Positions 1 to 12,230 of a DNA stretch of 64,000 bases are shown here, piece after piece. The DNA is taken from NCBI GenBank assembly GCA_046563655.1, contig CM102283.1, positions 9,052,001 through 9,116,000 on the forward strand. Reading direction: 5' to 3'. A model generated the notes under the pieces. It was given only the letters and a program-made list of their open reading frames with translations, was not told the origin of the DNA and searched no databases. The stretch comes from Yuukianura sp. NJ FZ-2021 (Eukaryota). Made by a program: the position numbers and the translations under genes. Positions within the stretch are counted from its first letter, which is position 1; every line of letters begins with the position of its first letter.

Positions 1-3000
1 ATGTTTTTTTTGGAAATCCAAGTCTCTAATAAATTCGAACAATTATGTAATAAATTTCAATTGAAATTTTTATTTACCATCCGCTTTTTATAGTACAAAA
101 ACAAAAAAATTTACTTGTTTTGTTGAAGTTCTGAAGTTCAGCTCCATAATAAAAAAAAATTAGGCTCGCTGTAAATTTTCCTACACATTTTTAAAGTAAA
201 CTGAAAAAAAAATATCAAAATTCTAAGCTTTTTTTTAATTTTTTTTTTTTTGAATGGCGTTGATTCAATGACAAAAACTTTGGCAAAGTGAGTAGAACTG
301 AAGGTTTGTGCTAATGATTTTTGCCATCATCTCCCAATGCACAGCATCCACTTAAAAGTTAACTCACTTCAGCATTCAAAAAGTGGAAGAGAAGAGTCAT
401 TCAGCAGTTGCACTCCAACAGCATCGCAACAATCCACACTTTTCAGTACTTCAATATAAGACAATAAGACAAAAAAGTTGGAAATTTTGAAAAGGATTAG
501 CATTTTTTTGAAATTTTCCAGCCACATATCAGCAATGAATCAAACGCCTTAACCACTTTCAAGTTTCAAATTTTAGTTTTGAGTGAAAAGTGAAAAAATC
601 AAAAATTGTTGCAGTAGCAAAGATGCTCAAATTTGAAGGTTGAGCGACTCTCCGGAAATTGAAATTTTGATTTGGCAAGACTTCCATTTCTGCATTTTGA
701 ATTTTGAAATTAAGTTTTCGGCGCCATAGTTTAAACGCTCCCGGGAGAGGAAATCGTCTATAACACAAATTTTGCAAATTTCACACCTAAAGTTCTATTT
801 TTGTGCAGCACAAGAAAAAGTGACAGTGAACCTCACATTCTCCTGTTTGCTATTTTTTCAAAATCCAGTTGTTTGAACTCTCGCGGCTGTTTCGTGTGCG
901 GTTTTGAAAGTTTGAAGCATTCAAAGTTAAAAATAGTACAAGGTGTTACTCCACACACTTTCTAGTTTCAAATTTTACAAGTCTCCAACCAAAAAATTGT
1001 GCTAAAATACACACTCGACTGAAAAACGGAAAAAGTCAGTGGTTTAGTCACTCCCTCAAACAAAGTTGCTGGAAAAAGTTGCCGTTTTTGTTGCAACTGA
1101 ATCATCGCCTGCAACTTTGCAACAAACTTCGTAGTTGCTGCAATTATTTTGTCACTTTGATTACTTCGTTGTGGCTTCAGGGAGAAAAAAGCTACAAAGT
1201 TGCACTGTGGAAACTAAATATTTTTGTGACGTGCTCGGCAGCAGATTGCAAATTGCAAACCTTGAACATTTGACATTGGCATTTGCCTCTACGAACTTCA
1301 TCTTTGAAAAAAAAACAGCTTGTTTAGTTCAACTTTCAAAAAAAAATTTGATTCCAGTCAGCTCAGCATTTGAACTTTTCTACACACGATTCATCATTTC
1401 AAAAAAAAAGTAATTAAAAATGATAATTTCCAAAGATCTACTCGTGCTCGGAGATTATCTGCGACTTCCCAAGAGCAGTGAAGCAGCATCTTTGCGGTAA
1501 AACACAAAACTACTTCTATTTTTTCAAAAAATTTTGGCATCTTCAAATTTTCAAAAAATTTGTCAACAGTTCGTTTTCCTATTTCAAAATTTTGAAACAG
1601 CGGTTTCTGTTACGCAAGAAAAAGAGAAAAAGGTGAACGACCTTTTTAATTGGTTTGTTTTTCAAAGAATTTTTTTTGCAAAACGATGATCTCTCCCCCT
1701 TTCGCTTCATAAAAGTCTTTTTGAAAACAGTAAACGGAAAGCGTTTCGCAACTGCGAAAAGTACATCACAGAGTGAATGGAAATTTGCAATTTTTTGCAA
1801 TTTGTTTTTGCAAAGGGGACCCCTTATGTCAACCACATGAGAAACCTTTTGTGTGCGTAAAATTCTTCAAACGGCGTCTAGAATTACATCGTGGGACCCT
1901 TATTTTTGCAATTTTTTTTGCACGTTTTCATTTCGGTTCAAACAAAGCGTCCATGATGCTTTTTTGCAAATTGGAAAAAGGGACGCCAAAGGGAAGCGTT
2001 AGGACAGTTCAATTTTAGCGTCTTCTTGGAAGAGACGCATGTTTTGTTTTACAAAATTTTGAAGTTTAGATTTTTCTGGAATTTTGCTTACTAACAAACT
2101 TTTTTGATATTTGAACAAGTGAAGGTGAGATCATGAGCTTTGCTACGCCATTGGATTTAGACACTAATCAGTTATTTCGTAGACCTGTGCAGTGTACAGG
2201 CAAAAACGGATGTGAATTTTTGTCTGTTTGACTTTGCAGATTAAAGTTTGGTTGTTCAAATAATATTTTGTGACGAAAACTGAAAAAAAAAGAATGGCTA
2301 AGATAAATATACTGCTCTTCTTCAAACGGATACAAAGTCAAAGGTCACCTTGACTGGTTTCAGATCAAACAGAACTCTTTTTCAGTTGCATTACGTGAAA
2401 CGGTCAAAAAAAAATCAAGGAAAAATGAAGTTGCCCAAAATCAGTTTTGGCAAATGTGTTTCAAACAGGTATACTGCGGACGTAAATTTTGAAATTTTAG
2501 TTTTCTTCTTGCAAAAAAAAATGCTCCACTTTAAAATGTTCTCACGACAGAACAATGAATTTAAACGATCAATCTGTGTTTCTTTCTGATGCGATTTAGA
2601 AAATAAGATTTAAAAAGTATCAAGCGGATTGAAATCTTTTCAAGTTTGGTGCGTGGCGGCTATAATGATAGTGTGACCTTAATAAGTCAAAGGTCAAGGT
2701 CAAATAAAACTGCGCAATATGTGCAAAATGCACAAGGTTTATTTGTTTACGAATCAGGATAAATCCAGTTTAGGGGAAAATCATTAAAAAGATACAAAGA
2801 TTTTTCTTGTTTAGTCCAAAAAGTACCTCGTGCAACACGTTCATTTTTCACCGTGACCGTGAATTTTTTTCAAAAATAAAGTCGATGAAGATTTGTTGCT
2901 TCTTTTTTTTGCATATTTTTTCAGAAAGTTACCAACTTTCATTTTCCATTTGTGCAAAATTACCAAAGTTTTGTTTTTCGAAAATTCGCTACTTAAGCTG

Positions 3001-4031
3001 AGACCAACTTAGGCAGAACTTAGATTTTCTTTTAAAACAAAATCAGAGTTGTTTTAAATGGAGAAAAAGTTTAACAGCGTGACGGGTTGGTTAATTTTTT
3101 TCAATTTTGTGTGTGTACTGGAACTGATTTGTGTTTTGCAATTTTTTCCTTTTCATCATAATCAATTTAAACCACAAATTTTTGATTATCGAGCATTGAA
3201 CCCTCCTCGGCATTAATTCTTACCAATTTCCAAGGATTGCCTATGACTCCTCGGACTCGACTGGAATTAAGTAGTGATGCAGAGTCTATTGTTTTCATGT
3301 AAATTTTTTGATTTTTTGTTAATGCGCTTTTGCAATTATTAAAAAGTAAACCTTGTCAGGTAACTTATGAACTGCAACAGGTAGGCAAACCTACAACTTG
3401 GTTCCGGATTTGATTTTTTTGCTGACTTTGTCTTATCCAGAACTTGGATCTTTAATTATGCAAAGATGAAAAAACAATAGACGTGCAGTTTTAAGCTGTC
3501 GGCGCATGACTGTACTCAAGACGTGGTTCGTTTAAGCCAAAATGTTCATCTTTTGAGTTAGTGATTTGAAAGATGCCAAAAGTTGCCACACTTTAGTTAC
3601 TTCCACCACCACTTCGCATCCACTCTGATTGTGATAGAGATGCAAAATGTTGTTTTTTGTAGTGCTAACGGGTCATTCAACCATTGAGCCAAGTGGCCTA
3701 CATGAAGTGGCCAACATACTTTATATCTCTTACCATTTTTACACCCACCCACAAAAACACCAAAAAAAAACATAGGTTATGTTAACCTAACCAGATTCAA
3801 AATATTGTCAACTCGAAATGTAAACGTGAGAAACGAAGGACTTTGGATTTTAGTTTTGGTTTTGGCACAAAAAAAAACGTTTTCCGAAGCCCCTACCACA
3901 AGTTTTATCTTCACCTACTTTTTAACACGGCGAAAAATACTTTGTTTTACTAAAAAATTTGAGTCACTTTAAAAAAAAAGTGACTCACTAAAAGATTTAT
4001 ACACAAAGTGTGATCTCACGAGGCTCTCAAG

Positions 4032-4044
4032 AGGTCATTGACCT
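4032..4044. promoter_or_regulatory. Perfect IR1 ecdysone response element (AGGTCA-t-TGACCT)
   Basis: Exact palindromic nuclear-receptor IR1 upstream of the E23-like ABCG gene. Confidence 0.65.
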
Positions 4045-5060
4045 TTCAAAAATAGCGTCAAGTGTGATTTGACCTCTGAAAAACTGTATCTTCCTGCTGT
4101 AATTAGTCACTGATGACAGATAACATTAATACGATAGTTAAGTTACGTTTTTAGAACTAACTAAAAAGCGAAATGCCACTTTTTTGTACTAAAGTAGCGA
4201 AAAATTCAAAGTTTTTGGGCCTTTTTGGTAGTAAAGTGTTGCAAAATTCAAAACTTTTATGCAAATGGCGCCATTTCAATGACTTTTTTGTTCTGGCTTT
4301 TTGCGAACCATGATTCACTCTTTTTGCAAATGTGAAATTGATTCATTGGCCTCCCATTTAAAATATGAAACCAAGATGATCTTGTTCTTCTTTGGCCACA
4401 AGAGTTCATTCTCCTCAGATTGAAAGATGCATTTTCCAGAATGGGACAGTGGGAGAGATGCATTTTAGAATTCGGTGTCAGTGGAGTCCAATGACTCCAG
4501 ACGACTGATAAATTGGTTTTAAAAATTGAGACCATGGTAGTAAGGATTGAATTTGTGCCGAATCTGCGGTTTTTTAGTTTAAGTGACAGAAGAGCATCTT
4601 CGATTCATTGAACTCTTTGCAAAAAAAGAGCAAGTGAGGGGGATTCGCAAATAATTGTGCCATATCTTATCGAAACCACACACACCACAGTGCAAAATAA
4701 AAAACCTTTTAGGATTTTGGCAAAGTCTGGAATATTCGCAAACAGTGACGACGCTTCTCATAGGTCCAAAATTTGCAAATTTTAGACACAAACAAGTTTG
4801 GTGAACAATAAACAAAACTTTTGTTTCTGGTGATTCAATTTGCACAAAAAATTGCAAAAATTTTAAAAAGTCTAAACGTGCAAAAGTGGAAAGTTTCTAA
4901 GTTTCCTGAATTCATATTACTTTGGATTAACTTTTGACAAAACAAAAGGGAAACAAGGAAGTTTAAAGTTTCGAAAAAGTTCAAAATTTTGAAACTTTTG
5001 ACCAAAAAAGTGATTTGTTTTATGGAAAGGGTTACAATAGTTGAAAGTACATCAAGTCTC

Positions 5061-8000
5061 ATGTCATATTTCATGAACCAGTACACACGAGTAGAATTGA
5101 AGGCCGTGGATTTCTTCACGTCCCAATTGAACAAACCTTACAAGACGTAAGTTCTTTGAACTTTACTCATTTTTCGAAAAAAGCAATCAAAAAATTTAAG
5201 TTAGCGGCAAATTCGAGGTAAGATTAATTAGACAGAAGGTGTTGTTTTTTATACTTGGTTGAATCCGTGACACTTTACGAACAAAAGTTGAAAATGAAGG
5301 GAGTAACTATGTACTTTAAGTGTGCTTTGAAATCAGCACACGAGGTTAGTATTACGCACACAAGAGGTCAATGAACTCATTTAACCTCTACGCATATACA
5401 TAGACATTTTTGTGCCTTTCGCGCATGAGCAACTAGACACGTAGTCACTATACTGTCGAAAGTGCGTGACAAACCAAAAATTAGACACTGAGCATAAGCC
5501 ACTTGCATTGAAAGGGTAAAGAAATTTTTAGGCCTGATTTTTTTCAAAGCAAATCTAAGTTTTGGCCTCATTTTTTTGCAATTTGCAATTTGGTGCGTCA
5601 GTTGTAAGTTTTTAAGGCATCTGTTTAGTCTCAATTTAAGTATCCACAGTGAGGACAATGCTTGAGGTCAATGACCTCGTGTTGTGCAAGCGTAAGGGAA
5701 AGTGTTTTGGATAACTAATTTGTGCAAATTTTTGGCTGACGCCTTTACTTACTGCCAAAATGGGAAATCTATAAATTTCGTTCGTGCCAAATCATGTTTG
5801 TCCTTACTACTTACAAAAAAATACAAATTGCTGCTAATTTTATGAGATGAAACAACAACAAACATTGAAAAGAGCATAAAAACCTGCGCAGAACACAAGG
5901 CATTGTGTTTTTCATAAGCAATGAATAGAGTTGATACTCGAATTTGATCTTTAGCCAAATTCGTAACAAAGATTTGAAAATGAGGAATTGCAAAGTGTTT
6001 CACAATTTGTTTTGACGAAAATTTGCAAAAAGGAAAAGGAGTTACGTGACGCTTTTCAAGGCCGATTTGTTGATCAATTTTAATTTGGAATCAAAAACAT
6101 ATTTTAATGTGCATCAGCAGTACGTGCTAAAGAAAGATTTCAAATTTTGAACACTTCATCAACTTTTTATGTTTTTCGAAAAACTAGATTTTGTAACTGT
6201 AAGTTTTTTGCAGTGTGTGATCCTTGCATTTTTTGACGTAGAGTGACATGCCAGATCAAGATTTTGGTTTTTTCCATTTGTCAAAATTTTGGAAAACACG
6301 AACAATTTTTTGTTTTTGTAAAAAGTGGCCTTGCATGCAGCGCCCTAGAATTTCAAAAATTTATTCAAGGTCACGTGCTGCTCCATTTCTGCAACACTGA
6401 CATGCCATGTCACATCTTGTCACAAGGTGATTTGAGTCGTTGCCAAACTAAAAAATTTTAAAAAGCAAGGCTTAATTTTACAATTTCAAAATATTTAGAT
6501 ACGACGCTTAGCTTCTAATAACCTAACAACCTGACAAGAAGTGTCCAAAACTTGACCTAGCTTAAACTTATTTTTTTGAAAACCTTGATTTTCTAAAGTT
6601 TATGGGCTTTTAATTGTCAGTTCTGGAGTCGATTAAATCCAAAATTAGAAATGACATTCAAAATTTTATTTACGATGGAATAAAGTAGATTGACCTTGTG
6701 GAAGTGAGCCAATGTCGGCAAAATCATCATCTGAAACGAGTCACTATTAAAATGCAATTTGAGATCTTATGGCTTCACTTGCAAATAAATTTTTCGCAAA
6801 TTATTGCGAATCACGAATCAACAGACTGTGCACTGTGCATCAAAAATTGCAATTTTACGGCGGCGGTAAATTTTTAAAACTTGGAATTTTTTTTAATTCA
6901 AAGACCATAACCAGAGTCACTAAAAATTTGAAATCTTGGAATTTTTTGATATTGCAAAAAATTTAACTTTTTTTTTCTTTTTTGTAAAATTTTAGTTGCG
7001 ATTCTCGGAAGGATGACGGAAGTGACAATTCCTGTGAACTTACATTTACAAATCTCCGCACAAGTCCAGCACCCGGAAGTAACTTTATGCTTCAAGATGT
7101 TTCAGGGGAGGTCAAACCAGGAGAGATTTTGGCCGTTATGGGGTCAACAGGTAAAAATTTCAAAATTTTGAAAAACTTTTTACAAAATTTTTGGAATTTT
7201 GAAATTTAGGATGTGGAAAAACAAGCCTGTTGAACGCCTTGTCAGGCAGATTGCAAAGAGGGCGGCTGGAATCGGGCGAAATTCGGTTAAATGGAGAAAA
7301 GCTTTGCAAAAGGCTGCGAAGGACCAAAATCGGTTACGTGCTTCAGCATGACGTTTTCTTTGCAGATCTCACCCTTAGACAAACTCTTGTGGTAAAATCA
7401 AAAATTTTCAAAACACAGAAGGTTTTTTCAAAAAATTTCAAAATTTTGGTTTTGTGTAGTATACTGCTCTGTTGAGACTGCCGGATCACAAGTTCACAGA
7501 GCCAGAGAAGCTGGAGAAGGTGGATGAGATCATTGACCTTCTGGAACTTCGGAGATGTCAAGACACTAGTAAGTGGCGGCAAATTTGAAATTCTGAGTTT
7601 TCCGAGGTTTAGTCACCCCTTGCACGGATATCTGAAAATTAGTATGTAATTGTTAGTTTGAATTGGTTCTCGTTTAGTAATTGGTGACGTGATGAAGCGT
7701 GGGCTGAGTGGGGGAGAGAAGAAAAGGCTGAGCATCGCTTGTGAACTCATTACAAATCCTAGTGTTCTGCTAATTGACGTAAGACAATTTTCAAAATTTG
7801 AATTTCAAAAAACATTAGACTTTCAAAATTTTGCCAAAAAGGTGTTTATTGACCTTGGATAATAGACTTATTCCTCCTCCGGGCGGCGAAATTTTAAATT
7901 TGACCTTGAGATTTCAATCAAAAACTGAAAACTTGTTTCAAAAGTCGCTCAAAAGTGCAAGGTTAATGCCTAGACTCATTTTTCGACGTGGCAAACTCAA

Positions 8001-9748
8001 CTAACTATAGAAACATTTTCGTTCGAAATTTTGAAAAAAAATATTTTTTTTGGAAGGAACCAACCTCTGGACTGGATTCATGTACTGCTTCTCATCTCAT
8101 GTCAATGCTCAAAGATTATGCACAGAAGGAATCGAAGAGTGTGATACTGGCAGTACATCAACCATCTTCCAAAATATTCCATTTGTTCGATAGACTCCTA
8201 CTCCTCAGCGAAGGAAAAGTAAACCAAATTTACAAAAAGAAATAAAACTATTCACAGATTTCGAAATTTTGAACCATTTTTATTTGAATTTTCAGACGGC
8301 CTACTTCGGTGAAGCATCTCATGTGATTTCTCATTTTTCCACACTAGGATTAAATATTGCTCCGCACTACAATCCCGCTGATTTCGTTCGTAAGCTAAAC
8401 CAACCACATTTTAAAAATCTTTGTTTTGACTGAAATTTTTGTTTTGAAATTTTGAAAATAGTTGAGCAACTGAAGTCTTCTGCTACTCTCCTCACTGCCA
8501 GTTGGGACAAACATGTTTCAGCATTTGATTCAATTGAGATTAGCTCAGCGAAATCGGATCTGAGTCGCTTCAATTCCAATGAGCTCAGAACTTCAAGTTC
8601 AACCGACTCCTTAAGCGCTTCTTGGCCAACGTCGTTTTGGAGCCAAATTCGAGTTTTGGCGGCAAGAAATTTCAGGGAAGCTCGGCCACGCATGCTCTCC
8701 AAACTCAACTGGTTTCAAACTTTAGGATTAGCGATTATGGCGGGTTTCGTTTGGTTTCAAGTGAGAATCAACAAAAAACACTTTTCAAAAAAAAAAGTGA
8801 AAATGAAAAATAAAACTCAAGTTTTCGAAATTTTTGATTCAAAATTTTTAGACTCCGAGGAGAGAAGAATCGTTGATGGATTTGGACGGTTGGATGTTTT
8901 TTGCCTCAAATTATTGGATGCTGTTTGCCCTCTTTGGAGCTTTAGCATCTTGTAAGTACAAAAACTTGTAACTTTTTTTTTAAATTCCAAAATTTTTCAA
9001 AATTTTGAAACTTTGTTTTTGATTTATAGTTCCTGGAGAACGAGCTGTTGTAGAAAAAGAACGACTATCCGGAGCCTATCGTCTATCGTCGTACTACATT
9101 GCTAAAATGATAGGCGAAGCGCCATTGGTTATGGTTTTGCCCTCAGTTTACCTCATCGTCGCTTACCCGCTTTTGGGTGGCTCATTTTTATCGTTTTTTG
9201 GAGTTTTACTTATTCAAATTCTTTCATCTTTGGCGGCACAAAGTGCTGGACTATTTTTTGGAGCAGCCTTTGACCTCTCAGCTTCCATTACAGTCGCAGC
9301 TCTCTTCACTCTAGCGGCACAACTACTTGGAGGATACTTGGCCAACAATGTACTTTCAACTAAACTTCAATTTTTACAAAATTTTGAACTTTGATTTTGA
9401 AATTTTGAATTTTTTTATTTTTTGATCTTGTAGGTGCCAGCATACTTGAAAGCCTTTAGCCTAGTGTACCACGCGTCCAGAAACATGCAGATTTTTGAAT
9501 ACTCCTTTGGAGAACCCATACGATGTGCTGTGGAAGCATCTAAATTTTTAAGTTGTCATAGCAACCATACGATGCTGGAGGATACTGGTGACCCATTGAC
9601 TTTCACTGGCTACATTCCACGAAGTGAACTGCTGGCAATTGACCCCCTGGGGTCAGTACTTCCATTTTGGACACATTCGCTCTTCCTGGTAGCCTTCTTT
9701 TTCTTGTTCCGATTCCTGGGCTACTTTGCCTTGAGACGCTCCTTGTAA
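5061..9748 (+). CDS. E23: ABCG half-transporter, E23 (Early gene at 23)-like
   Basis: Exons 5061-5146 (candidate first), 6996-7150, 7210-7391, 7460-7568, 7678-7778, 8057-8218, 8296-8389, 8462-8760, 8852-8951, 9030-9349 and 9434-9748 splice in frame. Walker A GSTGCGKT, signature LSGGEKKR, Walker B LLIDEPTSGLD, HQP, NPADF, then a C-terminal membrane domain. The [19 protein letters not shown] segment is recalled as typical of E23; orthology is not tested. Confidence 0.85.
5365..5377. promoter_or_regulatory. IR1 EcRE (AGGTCA-a-TGAACT)
   Basis: Matches the RG(G/T)TCAnTGA(C/A)CY EcR/USP consensus. Confidence 0.55.
5665..5677. promoter_or_regulatory. Perfect IR1 EcRE (AGGTCA-a-TGACCT)
   Basis: Palindrome extends to GAGGTCAATGACCTC. 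Confidence 0.65.
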
Positions 9749-10694
9749 AATTTTTAAATTTTTCTAAAATTTTACGAAAATTTTTAAATTTTAACATTTT
9801 GAAGTGTTGTGATGTTTTTTAAACTTACGTTTCAAAAATACTACCCGCCACTTTCTTCCTTTGTACCACCGATTCTAAATTATTAACTTCCATAAAATTA
9901 GCAAGTTTTCATAATTCCTAAAGTAAAAAACAAAACGTTTTTGGCAGTGTGACAAACATAGGCGGTGAAGAAGCTAAACGTTTTTTTGTAGGTTTAAAAC
10001 GTTGTAATATTTTGAATTTTGGAATTTAGTTGTGTAAATTTTGAAAAATTTGTCAGTTACATGTTAAGTTAGTACAAGGTTAAAAAACTTCAGAAAAATT
10101 GAAATTAGAAGTGGAGTCTATGGTACCTGTACCTTTTGTATAAATTCTACTTTTCAAATTATATAAACTAAGTTTGAAATTTGTGTACTTTGTTGTAAAA
10201 GTGTTTTGAATAGGTCAAAAGGTCAACTATGGAATGTATTTTTCAAATTAGGTCAACAACGAATGTTCTAAGGCTCCTAACAAGACGATATTATTTCTCT
10301 AAGTTAAATATCAAATGCCTTTGTTAAATTCTGTTCTTTTGCATTTAAACTAATTATAATTAGCATGTACTAATATTAATTGCATTTATTAGCAACAAAA
10401 AATTAGGTTTTAGTTATTTAAAGTTTTCGTTTTCGTTTTAGAAAGTAGTAATGTTGAATAAAAACCATAAACTTTTTTCTTATGCTAAATCGCAAATCAG
10501 TTTAAATTTTTCTGTATGTTGCAATGAAAGTAATGCATCATCATCATCTCCAAGTGTAATTAGTTTCTTCGATTAACTAATTAATCGATTAACCGCCAAC
10601 TTGAAAACGGTATGGGCGTATGAGTATAATTGTTAGCGGCAGGACTCTACAATTCCAGTGTTGTTTCGAAGTTTTAGGTAGTTTGTCTCATAAC

Positions 10695-11357
10695 TTAATC
10701 CCCCCAGTCAATTTTGACGGTTGTGTCGATTAATGTGAATTTCGTGTCATCCGGGTCACATCTCTTCTTGGCCTCCAAAACCTCTTTGTATGGCGGATAT
10801 ATGTCAGCGTTTTTGTTCCTTGCAAAAGACCGGATTGCGATGTACTGTTGCCTGGACAGGGACAGATCTGATATGAGCTCCAAAGCTTCCTCTGCCGTAT
10901 ACTTTGAGCTGCCAGTTTTCTCGGAAGCAGTACTGCCAGTACTGCTTTCATCTGAGCCACTTGGGAGAATGTCCACCTGAAAAATAAGGAAACAATTGTC
11001 GTAATTTTTGGTATACTCAAAATCTTATTAGATTCTATTACAAGTTCGTACAAACCTAAGCCAAAAATATTAAAGAGTAGATAGCAGTACCTTAAATTCA
11101 TTGGATAGCCATCCCTCGTTTCTGGATTCGAATCTAGATTTATTCGAACGACAATCCCTCCATCGTTTACCAAAATTACCGTGTAGACTGGTGAGTCGGG
11201 ACAATGTGTTTGATAGTTTCCCTTCATCACATTCAGCTTCGTCAATTCCCAACTCCGACAAGATCCAAACCAATCCCTTTTTAGCATCCTCCTTGTTCTT
11301 CCCAGACGTAAATTGGGCACATATTTCACCGTTTGTGAACTTTCGTTCTGAAGCCAT
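10695..11357 (-). CDS. Two-exon 182-aa protein derived from a Transib/RAG1-like transposase N-terminal region, with no catalytic core
   Basis: Exons 11357-11091 and 10976-10695 are joined by a phase-0 GT-AG intron. FGKRW..RF..N..WL and EEALELI.DL.LSRQQY..IR...KNADIYPPY..V.EAKKRC resemble Transib transposase segments. Confidence 0.65.
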
Positions 11358-12230
11358 CGATTCCTTAAAAAAATATCAATCGTAAAATTGTAATATTTTC
11401 TTTGACCGTGTATCATGTTACTTACACTCCGATATGCAAAACGCTTCTGTTTCCGCTGAAGAAGGCCGAAAATCGTTGATTTTAGTATTTCGTAATAAGT
11501 AGTCCACTTCAGACGGTAGCTATGCCTTATATTCTTTTCGTGTGAAATATATTTGTAGAGTTCGGATTATGAAGGGTAGTAAGACATACCCTTATCCTAA
11601 TCACCCCTTGATTCTAGGTATGCCATTTGCGTGCTAAGCTAAACATGACCAAAAAAAAACACTATGCGCATCACTGAACTTCCAACTTCAATTTAGTATT
11701 CGGGTTGATGACGAAGAAAAACGACGCCAAGTTCCACATTGAAACCATTCGGTTTCTGAATTTGAAAATCCCTCGGAATTGGAAAGCGCGAAAACGAAAA
11801 CTCGCGAAAAACCTCCCTCCTCATTTTCTATGAATAGGCTCCGCCTTCTCTTCCCGTCTTTCGTCTTTCTTTCTTTTCAGAGTCAACCGGTAGTTGTTCG
11901 CTGTTCTTTTTTTGCGAATTCGGGTCAACCGTCGCTTCAAAGGTCAATCGGGTCAATTGGGGCTGTACTTGACAACTCGACGTCGACTTGCGGCTTAGAC
12001 AAGGTCATTCGGTAAGTTGCTTTCTGAATTCTGAGATACTACATTTTTCGATGGATCCGATAAACGATAAAGGAACAGAATGCGTATTGCAATGGACGAG
12101 TTTGTTGTCACAATTGAAGAACGATTTACCCCTGTTCTCTTCCTTTTTTCAGACTCGTAGAAGGAATATTTCTCATAAAGTCAGAATCTTCTTTTGGTTT
12201 GCTAGGAGTATAAATTGAACAGGTAGCAGA

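Noticed and set aside
1780-1990. Recurrent TTTTTGCAA and GGGAC(C) words
   Set aside because: Too short and irregular to define a repeat unit in this A/T-rich background
1-6966. Many 60-99 aa ORFs upstream of the ABCG gene, including 559-777
   Set aside because: Phe/Lys/Asn-rich translations of A/T tracts with no motifs; consistent with non-coding DNA
10730-11416. 228-aa minus-strand ORF overlapping the Transib-like gene
   Set aside because: An alternative frame that runs through both introns; the recognisable motifs are in the spliced frame
11660-11666. CACTATG as a possible Transib terminal or RSS-like heptamer
   Set aside because: One mismatch to CACTGTG, with no partner repeat or target duplication on the other side of the gene
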